Positions 8,966 through 17,428 of a DNA stretch of 49,493 bases are shown piece after piece. Position 1 is the stretch's first letter. Each line of letters opens with the position of its first letter. The stretch comes from a virus. A program made the translations under genes and the position numbers. The notes under the pieces were generated by a model. That model was given only the letters and a program-made list of their open reading frames with translations. It made no database searches and was not told the DNA's origin. The stretch is taken from the UHGV virus genome UHGV-1368795. One strand, 5' to 3'.

Positions 8966-9305
8966 AGCGGTCCACGATTACCTTACAGTATTTACGCCAC
9001 GGCCGATTGTCAGTGCGAATGACTTTCCAGCGCTGACCCAGAAATACCCATTCACCATCGAGTGCGATTGAGTCGAGGTCACCATTGTTGACGTATATTT
9101 TACGTGGGTCAACGATGCGCTGACCACCCTGACGCAGAAAATCAATTTCCTTGTCGCTCAGTGGCTGAATGTTCACCATGAACGCAACCGGTCCGGATGT
9201 CACGGGTGTCCAGATACCGTCCACGTATGAGCCAGATTTACCCACATGTGTCGCCGGTACGGATTTAAATACGTTGTCAATATGACCGCGCATTGACAGA
9301 CTCAT
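8952..9305 (-). CDS. head-tail joining protein (hypothetical)
   Basis: 117-aa ORF overlapping both neighbours. Confidence 0.4.
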   Translation of the reverse strand: MSLSMRGHIDNVFKSVPATHVGKSGSYVDGIWTPVTSGPVAFMVNIQPLSDKEIDFLRQGGQRIVDPRKIYVNNGDLDSIALDGEWVFLGQRWKVIRTDNRPWRKYCKVIVDRYDQQ

Positions 9306-9892
9306 AAGATACCCTCATCAGGTTTTTCGTTGCTGACCTTGTACGTTACGCTTGCGCGTAAAGCACCGGTGTCAATAAGTGGATTGCTGGAACCCTTCTG
9401 CTTGATGGTGGATTTCGCATTAGGTGGCTCTTTCAGGTCGGTCATGTATTGTTGAACAGCACCCACCGCCAAAGAACCCATTTGTTCGAGCACTTGTTTT
9501 ACGGGCAAATCCTTTACAAACGCATCCTTGAACGTGTCCGATATATCCTGTTCTGCGCTCGCCACCCCTGGTTCAAGCCACGGTCGGGCTGGAATAATTA
9601 TCTTATGAGGACCAGTTACACCCATTGCAGGCGCGGTGGAGTCGTTACTGATGAATCGGGCTTTCCCGTCGGCGGTCTTTGTGTAACGAGTTCCACCTGG
9701 GTGGTCTATCTCGGCACCGTAATTCAAAGTAGCACCAAGTCGAGCCATGGTCATCTCGCCATCACCGACGGAAGAGTTCTGGTCTTCATGTATACCAACC
9801 GTGACCATCATGGAATTCATGGTTTCAAACTCTTCCAGCTTTTTGGCTATCACGAGTTTAGCTTGCTGCAGCGCTTTTATGTTGACTGACAT
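9302..9892 (-). CDS. head-tail connector/adaptor-like protein (hypothetical)
   Basis: 196 aa. First gene of a leftward late operon, directly downstream of regulatory module A. Confidence 0.4.
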   Translation of the reverse strand: MSVNIKALQQAKLVIAKKLEEFETMNSMMVTVGIHEDQNSSVGDGEMTMARLGATLNYGAEIDHPGGTRYTKTADGKARFISNDSTAPAMGVTGPHKIIIPARPWLEPGVASAEQDISDTFKDAFVKDLPVKQVLEQMGSLAVGAVQQYMTDLKEPPNAKSTIKQKGSSNPLIDTGALRASVTYKVSNEKPDEGIL

Positions 9893-9941
9893 GGTGTACC
9901 CCCGTTTGTCAAGACATTATCACACAACGTTGCACCAGTAT

Positions 9942-10060
9942 CCACATACCCCGAACGTTTCATTTTCGGGGTAGTCAACGGGGTATCAAAAACTCCTTAT
10001 TTTTCTGTTACTTATTACTTATACCCTTAATACCCTTAATAAATAGTAATTAATAGTAAG
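9942..10060. promoter_or_regulatory. regulatory module A (approx 120 bp, duplicated at 23686-23815)
   Basis: Shared blocks are CCACATACCCCG, the hairpin TACCCCG...CGGGGTA, GGGGTATCAAAAACTC, TACTTATTAC, iterated CTTATACCCTTA and TAGTAATTA. It lies in an AT-rich divergent control region. Confidence 0.6.
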
Positions 10061-10222
10061 AGAGAATCATATATGGAGTATAATACAATATACATATTTA
10101 TATAATTTATAAGAGGGAAGAAGGTCAAAATGTATGGGGTGTCCGGTCATGCTCGTAAACCTATGATTGTGAAAGTAAATTCACCACCCTGATGATTTAC
10201 CATTTTTGGGTAAAATGAGGTA

Positions 10223-10251
10223 TTGACGAATCCGTCAGTCACTGATACACT
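10223..10251 (+). promoter_or_regulatory. sigma70-like promoter with palindromic -35 operator (TTGACGAATCCGTCAG - N - TACACT)
   Basis: TTGACG -35, 17-nt spacer, TACACT -10. The palindrome TTGACG-N4-CGTCA is embedded. Confidence 0.55.
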
Positions 10252-10282
10252 CGTTCTATAAATTACAGAGGGGATTTCACCA

Positions 10283-10921
10283 GTGACTAGTGACCTGATT
10301 CTATTATTTCTGTCAGTAAATCCTGACTCCACCTTTAACGAGATGACAAAGTGCATGAGTATCAACGTGAGGTCAGCTTACTCAATAGTTAGTAATCTTA
10401 AAAAGTCTGGCAATATCGTATCGACGTCTAACAGGCCGCGACGGTACAGTCTCACGAAAGAATTTACCGCAAAAAGTGAAATATACGATGAGTACGTTCA
10501 CCGGGTTATTGCGGCTGGTGCCAGCACTGTGGAAAGTGTTGTCAAAGTTAGCGGACTGTCATCTTACAGGGTTGCATTGTCCATCAGAAGACTGAAGAAT
10601 TCGAACAAAATATCGACGATTACTGGGATGGGGATCACGTTGAATGAATTACCTGTTGACTTAAAACTGAAACCCTGGACAACAAAAGAAATGCGGACGC
10701 TGGAAGATTTAGCGGGGACAGTATCAATCTCTGAGATTTGTGAGACATTGGGCAGAACACCAAAAAGTATTCAGATGAAGTGTCATTTGCTTGGGTTGTC
10801 ACTGGTAACGCATACATGCAGGAAAGGACACCGCATGGTCGAACGGAAAACTGGAAAATGGGTTTGCAATGAATGTCACTCCCAGGCGGAAAGATTGAGA
10901 CGTGTGGGCAATAAAGCATAA
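10283..10921 (+). CDS. multi-winged-helix DNA-binding protein with C-terminal Zn-ribbon (putative transcription regulator)
   Basis: GTG start with a GAGGGGA RBS. Three HTH-like segments. The C-terminal CRKGHRMVERKTGKWVCNEC is paralogous to the C-terminus of the 24027-24599 protein. Confidence 0.5.
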   Translation: MTSDLILLFLSVNPDSTFNEMTKCMSINVRSAYSIVSNLKKSGNIVSTSNRPRRYSLTKEFTAKSEIYDEYVHRVIAAGASTVESVVKVSGLSSYRVALSIRRLKNSNKISTITGMGITLNELPVDLKLKPWTTKEMRTLEDLAGTVSISEICETLGRTPKSIQMKCHLLGLSLVTHTCRKGHRMVERKTGKWVCNECHSQAERLRRVGNKA

Positions 10922-11132
10922 GTCCGGAACCACCCTGTTTGTGACCACAAGTCGCATTACAGCGGTGAATCGTAGAGAAATGGGGTGGAGGGTCGCCAGT
11001 ATGTTAACGAAACACTATCGCAACTTCTTCATCATTCGGGACATCGTGGTCGAGGATGAGGGTTATTTATGTGCTGACAAAGTTATTATGAAGTATTACG
11101 GTCGTCACTACGCAGGAAGGATTGGTAAATAA
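10902..11132 (+). CDS. hypothetical small protein
   Basis: 76-aa ORF overlapping the previous gene, followed by a hairpin terminator. Confidence 0.3.
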   Translation: MWAIKHKSGTTLFVTTSRITAVNRREMGWRVASMLTKHYRNFFIIRDIVVEDEGYLCADKVIMKYYGRHYAGRIGK

Positions 11133-11152
11133 AGCCCCGTAAGGGGCTTAAA
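11131..11152. terminator. bidirectional hairpin terminator (AGCCCC-GTAA-GGGGCT)
   Basis: Lies between convergent genes. The minus-strand reading gives the hairpin followed by TTTATTT. Confidence 0.5.
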
Positions 11153-11567
11153 CGGCTAAAGCGCCCATTCCGATTTTTTTACGTAGAGAATAGAACTCCT
11201 GACCAAAAATGGTGAACGTAAGGAAGTCATTGTTAACCTCCATCATTTGAGGAACTCGATACGCAATTGATTCGTCTCCCACGGATTTAGAAGCAACGTT
11301 TAATCTTGCTTCCGTGTTCACATCTCCACCCTTACCGTCTGGATAATACATAGATAGCCAGGCCGCGGTATAGAGAAACATTCCTGTCATCTTATTAGAA
11401 TGGCAGTCCGGTTGATATTCTCCCCATCGACGAGAACCAGTCGCAACATCTCCACGACAAAGGGCGTATTGAAGTAGTGCATCCGGGAATTTAACGGTAT
11501 CCTCGAAAATACCCATTCCACCCGGCCAGATACGAAAATCTGCGATAACTTCGGCGGTGATATCCAT
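11148..11567 (-). CDS. neck / tail-terminator-like protein (hypothetical)
   Basis: The true start is ATG 11565-11567 (MDITAEV...). The longer track ORF overlaps the upstream gene. Confidence 0.4.
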   Translation of the reverse strand: MDITAEVIADFRIWPGGMGIFEDTVKFPDALLQYALCRGDVATGSRRWGEYQPDCHSNKMTGMFLYTAAWLSMYYPDGKGGDVNTEARLNVASKSVGDESIAYRVPQMMEVNNDFLTFTIFGQEFYSLRKKIGMGALAV

Positions 11568-11568
11568 G

Positions 11569-11925
11569 TTACATACCCACAGTGAATACAGCGACGACTT
11601 TGGCGATATCGGTGCCGGTGATACCAGACAGTACAATGCGGCCTTTCGTTGCCGATGTGTTGAATACCGGGAGACTGTATGTCGCAGCATCACCACATTT
11701 CGTTGCGTCCACACTCACATCGCCGGTGCCGGGTGCCATCCACTGACCGGGAAGCAACTGCATTGTTGGTGTGACAGTACCGGCTGTCGGTGTAACGATA
11801 GTGTCACTGGAGTCATAGAACGCCACACGGAAGTCGCATTTGTTGTGATTCTGGTCAATGAGTCCAGTCTCATACGTGCCGTCAGCTGTTGTAGCCAGTG
11901 TGATAGTGTATTGATAACCGCTCAT
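11569..11925 (-). CDS. virion structural protein (hypothetical)
   Basis: 118-aa beta-rich ORF in the late operon. Confidence 0.4.
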   Translation of the reverse strand: MSGYQYTITLATTADGTYETGLIDQNHNKCDFRVAFYDSSDTIVTPTAGTVTPTMQLLPGQWMAPGTGDVSVDATKCGDAATYSLPVFNTSATKGRIVLSGITGTDIAKVVAVFTVGM

Positions 11926-12506
11926 AGATTGACCCCGTTATAGCTTACAAACTGACCATTCTGAATGACCAGTCCTGGAATTGTTGGTGGTTCGGCCCAG
12001 CGCAAATGTGATGCAATGTTCTGCGCCGCGTTAGTGTCACGATTTGTCAGTACCAGATTAAGCACTGCGCCGGGTAAAAGCAATTGTGGACTTTGGATTG
12101 CACGTAACGCACTACCCGCGCCCTGGTTACTTGTGGTACCGAAAATATAACGAACCGAACGAGTCTGGATACCGTCTGCCGTTACCGTTGCGCCGCTGTA
12201 GATGTTGGCCGTATTGGTCTGTGCAATAATGTCGTTGGCATTGTTGATTTCAGTAACAAGTGTGCCACCGGTGTACGTGGGCGCGCGAAAGATTGCGGCG
12301 TTCACACCGACGCCATCGTATGACAACTGACGGTCAAAGAGGATTACCGGACGTGACCCGGCGACGAAGATGGTTTTATTCGATGTACCTGCGGCAACGC
12401 TGGTAACAGTGGAAGCCTCAAAAACATACCCCTGTCTCTCCCAGATATCCAGGAGTTCAGACAGGGGCTGTTGTGAGGGTGGAATTACATTTGACGGAAA
12501 AGCCAT
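11922..12506 (-). CDS. virion structural protein (hypothetical)
   Basis: 194-aa ORF with an ATGA overlap to the downstream gene. Confidence 0.4.
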   Translation of the reverse strand: MAFPSNVIPPSQQPLSELLDIWERQGYVFEASTVTSVAAGTSNKTIFVAGSRPVILFDRQLSYDGVGVNAAIFRAPTYTGGTLVTEINNANDIIAQTNTANIYSGATVTADGIQTRSVRYIFGTTSNQGAGSALRAIQSPQLLLPGAVLNLVLTNRDTNAAQNIASHLRWAEPPTIPGLVIQNGQFVSYNGVNL

Positions 12507-12524
12507 TTCACACCCCTATGTTAA

Positions 12525-12842
12525 TTAAGAGGCGGCTTTTGCTGCCTCAATTTCTTGCTGAAGTCGTGACTTCTTCCAGCGCGCGTCAACTTTGATACCC
12601 AGCTCTTCGGCTTCTGCGCGAAGTTCGTCGATAGTCACATCGTCGGCGTCTGAGTCAGGATTGACTAGTTCACCACTTGTGACAACCAGTTCACCTGCTT
12701 CCTGATACGCATTGACCAGGCTGTAAATTGCTGGAGTAACTTCGAACTCTTTCGAATCACCCGGTGCCAGCATACGTTTCATCACATCTTCTTCACCCGG
12801 CATCATGAACGGACGCGCGGAAATATTTTTTACAGTAATCAT
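12525..12842 (-). CDS. hypothetical protein with C-terminal Rho_N/SAP-like helix
   Basis: 105 aa. The C-terminal TIDELRAEAEELGIKVDARWKKSRLQQEIE resembles a Rho_N/SAP motif. Confidence 0.4.
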   Translation of the reverse strand: MITVKNISARPFMMPGEEDVMKRMLAPGDSKEFEVTPAIYSLVNAYQEAGELVVTSGELVNPDSDADDVTIDELRAEAEELGIKVDARWKKSRLQQEIEAAKAAS

Positions 12843-12897
12843 AAAATCACCTTTAGTTGTAATACATACCCGTCATTATTCTACATCCTTGAACGGG

Positions 12898-12926
12898 TAA
12901 AGAAAAGCCCTCCGAAGAGGGCTTGG
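12898..12926 (-). terminator. rho-independent terminator after major capsid gene
   Basis: The minus-strand reading is AAGCCCTC-TTCG-GAGGGCTT followed by TTTCTTT. An 8-bp stem. Confidence 0.65.
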
Positions 12927-12946
12927 GATGCTGCTGAGGGTAGGTA

Positions 12947-13981
12947 TTACAGCATATCGAGGTAGATTGCGCTCAGAGGATAGCGAATTTCAGTGCCTGA
13001 AATCTTATACTCTGCCGGTACAGTTACGGCCAGACCTTTGTTCTGCGGTGCCAGCATACGGAACGGAATCGGCTTGGCAACACCCAGGTTGCGGTCGTTT
13101 TTCTCATAAATGAGTACACGGTCTTTCGAACCGTTGGACACACCACCTGCAGCCAGTTCCGCAGCAGTCAGCTGGTAACGAACCTGAATATCAATTTCCT
13201 GCCCGGTCATCAGGGTGAAGGAGTTATTGATTTTGAAATGCTCCATAACGGTGCGGTCGGTATACCCGGTCATCAGCAGGCTGTTCATACGTTTCCACAG
13301 GTCCGGGAATACGCGGATGGTATTCGGCAGGTGGAAGTTTTTGGACAGTTTGATGATGTTGAACAGCGGGTCGTTGAGCATGTCGAACAACTGCTGGCCG
13401 GTGGCGGTAGCGTAGTTGACAGTTGCGGAAGTAACTGTCACGTTGGGGCTATTCAGGAGACCGGCCATTCCCAGCTGTGAGTCACCGAAGTAAGCCACTT
13501 TCTGGCTGTGTTCTTCATAACCACGATACGCCAGCTGCTGCTGCATGGTGTCAATCGGCATGTTTTGAGACGCAGTGGTACGCAGCTCGTCAATGCTGTA
13601 GTGACACTCGATGCCGCCGTAGTTCAGCGGTACAGTGTGGAGTTTCGCAGACTGAGCAACGCGCGGCAGGTCCATAGCATTTGCGCCGATAAATTTCCCG
13701 ACCGTAACGCCGTCGTATGACCGGTAGTTCCAGTGGTTCGCAAACTCAGGAATGCCGGATACGACCGGGATATCCTGCAGATAGGTGATATCCGCATACG
13801 GCGTTGCGTAAATGGTCTGCTCAACCTGTGCCAGCTGAGAGATGTAGAACGCGATACCACCGTCAGCATCACGGAATTCAGCCGGAACGTTGATAGCGTT
13901 CTGACCGTCCAGATACTGTTTGACCCACGGGTTACCCGCGATAGTCTGCGCGTCAAGTACAACGCTGTTTAACTTATCCAT
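12947..13981 (-). CDS. major capsid protein (HK97-fold candidate)
   Basis: 344 aa. Lies directly downstream of the protease/scaffold and decoration-like genes and is followed by a strong terminator, the typical position of a major capsid gene. Confidence 0.6.
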   Translation of the reverse strand: MDKLNSVVLDAQTIAGNPWVKQYLDGQNAINVPAEFRDADGGIAFYISQLAQVEQTIYATPYADITYLQDIPVVSGIPEFANHWNYRSYDGVTVGKFIGANAMDLPRVAQSAKLHTVPLNYGGIECHYSIDELRTTASQNMPIDTMQQQLAYRGYEEHSQKVAYFGDSQLGMAGLLNSPNVTVTSATVNYATATGQQLFDMLNDPLFNIIKLSKNFHLPNTIRVFPDLWKRMNSLLMTGYTDRTVMEHFKINNSFTLMTGQEIDIQVRYQLTAAELAAGGVSNGSKDRVLIYEKNDRNLGVAKPIPFRMLAPQNKGLAVTVPAEYKISGTEIRYPLSAIYLDML

Positions 13982-13983
13982 TA

Positions 13984-14472
13984 TTAACCCCCAACAACCA
14001 GAGACAGTTTAGCCAGACCACCGGATGCCGCGGCAGTGAGGAATTTAGCGCCAGGAATGGCAACCGACAGAGTCGCACCAGTACCCGCTGCGTTAGCGAA
14101 ATCACCAGTCTGAGTCGCACCAACACGCAGGTACGCAGCGTCACCAACGGTAACGGCAGTCGCTACGGTTACCCAGATTACGCCAGCGGTGAGCACAGAT
14201 GCCGGACGGTCAACCGGAGCACCGAAAGTTGCGCCGTCAGCGTATGAGCGGTTCAGTTCACGAACCAGTACGCCTACGAAGTCAGCTGCTACGGATGTGG
14301 AGGTTGCTGCCAGAAAACCTTTCTCGCCGTTGCGCACAACACCTTTGCCGTATGCGACGGTTGCGGTGTCATCGTTGATTTTGGAAACGATGTTCGCTAC
14401 TTGTCCATCGGCGACCATCCCGGTAAAGGCTGCGTCGTGATTCAGACCGTAGCTGGTTGCAGTAATAGCCAT
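13984..14472 (-). CDS. head decoration/auxiliary capsid protein (hypothetical)
   Basis: 162 aa, rich in Ala/Gly/Thr/Val, between the scaffold-protease and major capsid genes. Confidence 0.4.
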   Translation of the reverse strand: MAITATSYGLNHDAAFTGMVADGQVANIVSKINDDTATVAYGKGVVRNGEKGFLAATSTSVAADFVGVLVRELNRSYADGATFGAPVDRPASVLTAGVIWVTVATAVTVGDAAYLRVGATQTGDFANAAGTGATLSVAIPGAKFLTAAASGGLAKLSLVVGG

Positions 14473-14483
14473 CTATGTCACCC

Positions 14484-15593
14484 TTATTTAAGTTTGCCAG
14501 TCTGACGCAGCAGTGCTTCTTGTGCGCGGGACAGTACAGGTTTTGCGTCGGCTACCGGCTGTTTGATGTCTTTAGCGCCATCTTTAGCCAGTTGCTCAAG
14601 CTGTGAGTCTACCACAGGTTTCACCGGTTCTTCTACAGCCATGTCGAAAGCGGCTTCAACATAGGCGGTGGATTTGTCAGCCCAGTCAATAGACGGACGT
14701 TTAACAGCAAGAGCGGCGCGTTTGATTGCGACCGGGTCCACGCTGTCGCAGGTGAATTCATTGCCAGCAACTTTACGGGCATCGATGGAAACTTTAGCAA
14801 TGGTTTCCACACGGGCCTTAATTGCCTCATCACCGACTTGAGCGGTCAGTTCAGCAATCTTTTCATTTGCGGAATCAAGCTGTGCCTGTACCGCGTCAGT
14901 TTTGGCGGATGCTGCGTCAAGCGCTGCCTGTGCCTCTTTGGACTTGGACACCACAAACTGAATTGCTTCGGCCTGTTTGGCGTCTTCGACCTCGATTGAC
15001 ACACCGTCGCAAATGTCGATTTTTAACATTACACGTCCTCGTTCTTCATCGAATATACGTGCCATTGCACCCGCACGAGCACGGTCAACAATTGCAACGT
15101 GGTTAATTTTAATCCGGGTTTGCCGGAAGTCATACGGCTCACCTTCCGGCGTTGTCCCTGGTGTATTATCATACACCGCCGTGTAACCCGCTGACAACTC
15201 ACACTTGCCGGTTTCAACAGCCTTGATCGCGTCTTTATCCTTGATAACCATATCCACAATGACAAAATCGCCGTCCTGACGACCAACACTCGTTACAACA
15301 CCGACGGAAGTGTTACGGTACGTGGAAGCATTGACAAGTGTGGAGGGATGATTATTCGTGACATCTGCGCCGAGATAGCTCTGAAGCGATTCATCGTTAA
15401 ACACTTCTTCGGCGGGACGGTACACGCGGATAATGTCGTTCGGTGCGCGGTCTTTCAGTCCCAGTTCCGAAGCGAGATATTCCTGAATACCAGTACGAGC
15501 GGCTTTACCCGGCACACGCAGGAATCCCTCATCCGTGTAAACACGTTGGGAATTCAGTGCGAAACTTTTACGGTCATTAATGGTAATTTGCAT
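14484..15593 (-). CDS. prohead protease / scaffolding fusion protein
   Basis: 369 aa. The N-terminal globular domain is followed by a long coiled-coil Ala/Gln/Glu/Lys-rich C-terminal half typical of scaffolding proteins. Located between the Mu F-like and capsid genes. Confidence 0.5.
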   Translation of the reverse strand: MQITINDRKSFALNSQRVYTDEGFLRVPGKAARTGIQEYLASELGLKDRAPNDIIRVYRPAEEVFNDESLQSYLGADVTNNHPSTLVNASTYRNTSVGVVTSVGRQDGDFVIVDMVIKDKDAIKAVETGKCELSAGYTAVYDNTPGTTPEGEPYDFRQTRIKINHVAIVDRARAGAMARIFDEERGRVMLKIDICDGVSIEVEDAKQAEAIQFVVSKSKEAQAALDAASAKTDAVQAQLDSANEKIAELTAQVGDEAIKARVETIAKVSIDARKVAGNEFTCDSVDPVAIKRAALAVKRPSIDWADKSTAYVEAAFDMAVEEPVKPVVDSQLEQLAKDGAKDIKQPVADAKPVLSRAQEALLRQTGKLK

Positions 15594-15667
15594 TGACGAA
15601 TCCGTCAGAGTATGCCATAGTGATAATCGTTAAACACATAATACATATATTTCACAGGAGATACAAC

Positions 15668-16189
15668 ATGACCACGTGGAACTACATCATCGGTAGTGAG
15701 AAGGACTTCGAAGGTGCGCCGGATTGGGCAGTGATGAAGTGTTATTGTTCATTAGACGGCGAACCAAATGACGACACCGCATGGTGTGAAGGTATTTTTA
15801 AAGGCGCATCGTGGAAATCTCTGGAGAAAGACTCACGACTTCAAAAAATGGGTTATCCAGAGCAGTGGTTTACAATCGCCCAGCGCGAACCCGTCACCGG
15901 TATCAATGATGACCGTCTGCTCGACTCACTTAACGACCTTCCGCTGGTGAGTGAGAAGTACCCTGAGCATGACAATATCAACCACCCGTTACGCTACACG
16001 AAGGGCGATATCGAATGTATCGATGCCATTAAGGCCGCCACCGTCGGTAAAACTGGTATCGAGGCTGTGGACGTTGGTCACGTTATCCGTTACCTGTGGC
16101 GTTATGAAGAGAAAGACGGGTTGGAAAGTGTGAAGAAAGCCGAATGGTATATTAAACACTTGATTAATGAGCTGGAGAGCAACAAATGA
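15668..16189 (+). CDS. DUF3310-like phage protein
   Basis: The real start is ATG 15668 with an AGGAG RBS. The C-terminal KGDIECIDAIKAA...VIRYLWRY...KAEWYIKHLI matches the DUF3310 pattern. Confidence 0.5.
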   Translation: MTTWNYIIGSEKDFEGAPDWAVMKCYCSLDGEPNDDTAWCEGIFKGASWKSLEKDSRLQKMGYPEQWFTIAQREPVTGINDDRLLDSLNDLPLVSEKYPEHDNINHPLRYTKGDIECIDAIKAATVGKTGIEAVDVGHVIRYLWRYEEKDGLESVKKAEWYIKHLINELESNK

Positions 16190-16300
16190 AACCATACGCA
16201 TACGAAGTGACGACATATCTGGTCCGAGCGGGCAGTGTGGCGCATAACAACGCTGTTATGTTCGGGTATCAACTGAAACCACTGTATGAGGGTGAGTGAG

Positions 16301-16501
16301 ATGACCAACACCATCCCACGCTACCCAACCGGGACACTTGTGAAGTTATTCCCTGACGGTGTCGTTACCGGCACTGTTGAAAATGTTGTTGCAAATGACC
16401 CGCCGCAGTATTGGGTCAAATGGGACGATGGTAATTACAGCTGTCACGCACAGCGCGATTTGAAACGAGTGGGGACATTGTATGGACCTTCTTCTGCTTA
16501 G
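16301..16501 (+). CDS. hypothetical small protein
   Basis: ORF in the plus-strand islet, starting MTNTIPRYPTG. Confidence 0.4.
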   Translation: MTNTIPRYPTGTLVKLFPDGVVTGTVENVVANDPPQYWVKWDDGNYSCHAQRDLKRVGTLYGPSSA

Positions 16502-16534
16502 TGTCGGCGTTGTGATTTGGGTCGCATATTTAAG

Positions 16535-16564
16535 TTGACGAGTTCGTCAGGGATGACGTATACT
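16535..16564 (+). promoter_or_regulatory. promoter TTGACGAGTTCGTCAG-N-TATACT
   Basis: Palindromic -35 element, 18-nt spacer and a near-consensus -10. Confidence 0.55.
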
Positions 16565-16597
16565 CAGTTCATCAACAACAGAGAGGGTGACACAAAA

Positions 16598-16747
16598 TGA
16601 ACACATTACTCCCCGGCTACAACCGCCCCGTATCAGAGGCGCGCATTGTCGATAAAGAACTGTTAAAGAATGCACAACAGCTTGCACGCAAGCATGAAGG
16701 TTGGGCGCTCGCTAACGCTGTGTTACGTGAGGCGTATGGAAAATGAA
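16598..16747 (+). CDS. hypothetical small protein
   Basis: 49-aa ORF with a GAGGGTGA RBS. Read directly from the sequence. Confidence 0.35.
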
Positions 16748-16940
16748 CTATAAACCCATCAAGGCGGTAATGCTCCGCAACAATGACCGGATTATCGATG
16801 TGGACGGTATTATCACCGTGACAAACTTCAAACTGAACTTCCGCGAAGATATCGTGACATTTACCGCGACCAAAGAGGATGGTTCGGTATCTGAACGATG
16901 GATAGCGATGGACCGACTTGTCAATAAGGTGGTGGGTTAA
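16743..16940 (+). CDS. hypothetical small protein
   Basis: 65-aa ORF with an ATGA overlap to the next gene. Confidence 0.4.
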   Translation: MNYKPIKAVMLRNNDRIIDVDGIITVTNFKLNFREDIVTFTATKEDGSVSERWIAMDRLVNKVVG

Positions 16941-17128
16941 TGGGTATTATTAAAGGTGTACTAATTACCCTGCTCGCAGGGTGGGTAATTCTGGCAACAA
17001 TCGCCACGCTGCCGCTGGAACTGGAATACAAGTGGCAAGCATGGGCAATTGTAACGTGGGGACCAGTCGTTGTCGTTGCTGGTCTGTGGGAAGTGGTGAA
17101 TCGGGTATGTGGAGGGCGTGGGAAATGA
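16940..17128 (+). CDS. small membrane protein (2 TM)
   Basis: Two hydrophobic helices. Confidence 0.4.
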   Translation: MGIIKGVLITLLAGWVILATIATLPLELEYKWQAWAIVTWGPVVVVAGLWEVVNRVCGGRGK

Positions 17129-17231
17129 TTGATGTACTCAACTTCATTGCTGATAACTGGTTCGGAACATTAGTATTTGGTTACCTACTGTTCCTGGGCG
17201 TCGAAAGTTTGATTGAAACGTGGAGGGGTAA

Positions 17232-17420
17232 ATGACCGTACTCATGTGGTTTCTTGTCTGGCGCTGGGTGGTCATACTGCACATGACGGACGGTACTTTT
17301 TATTCGAATAACCTGCGCCACAGAATTTTAATGACGCTCCATAACGACAACGCTTACGGTTGCCGCAAACACCCTGTTATCTATAACGACATGTGCCGCA
17401 TTGTGAGAGGTGGGAAATGA
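17232..17420 (+). CDS. hypothetical small protein
   Basis: 62-aa ORF ending the islet. Confidence 0.3.
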   Translation: MTVLMWFLVWRWVVILHMTDGTFYSNNLRHRILMTLHNDNAYGCRKHPVIYNDMCRIVRGGK

Positions 17421-17428
17421 ACGGATGA

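Noticed and set aside
10000-10060. Short tandem repeats CTTATACCCTTA considered as a CRISPR-like array
   Set aside because: There are only 2-3 irregular copies without spacers of constant length. They are part of the duplicated regulatory module.
15593-15667. N-terminal extension of ORF 15593-16189
   Set aside because: A proper AGGAG RBS precedes ATG 15668. The upstream part overlaps the promoter palindrome.
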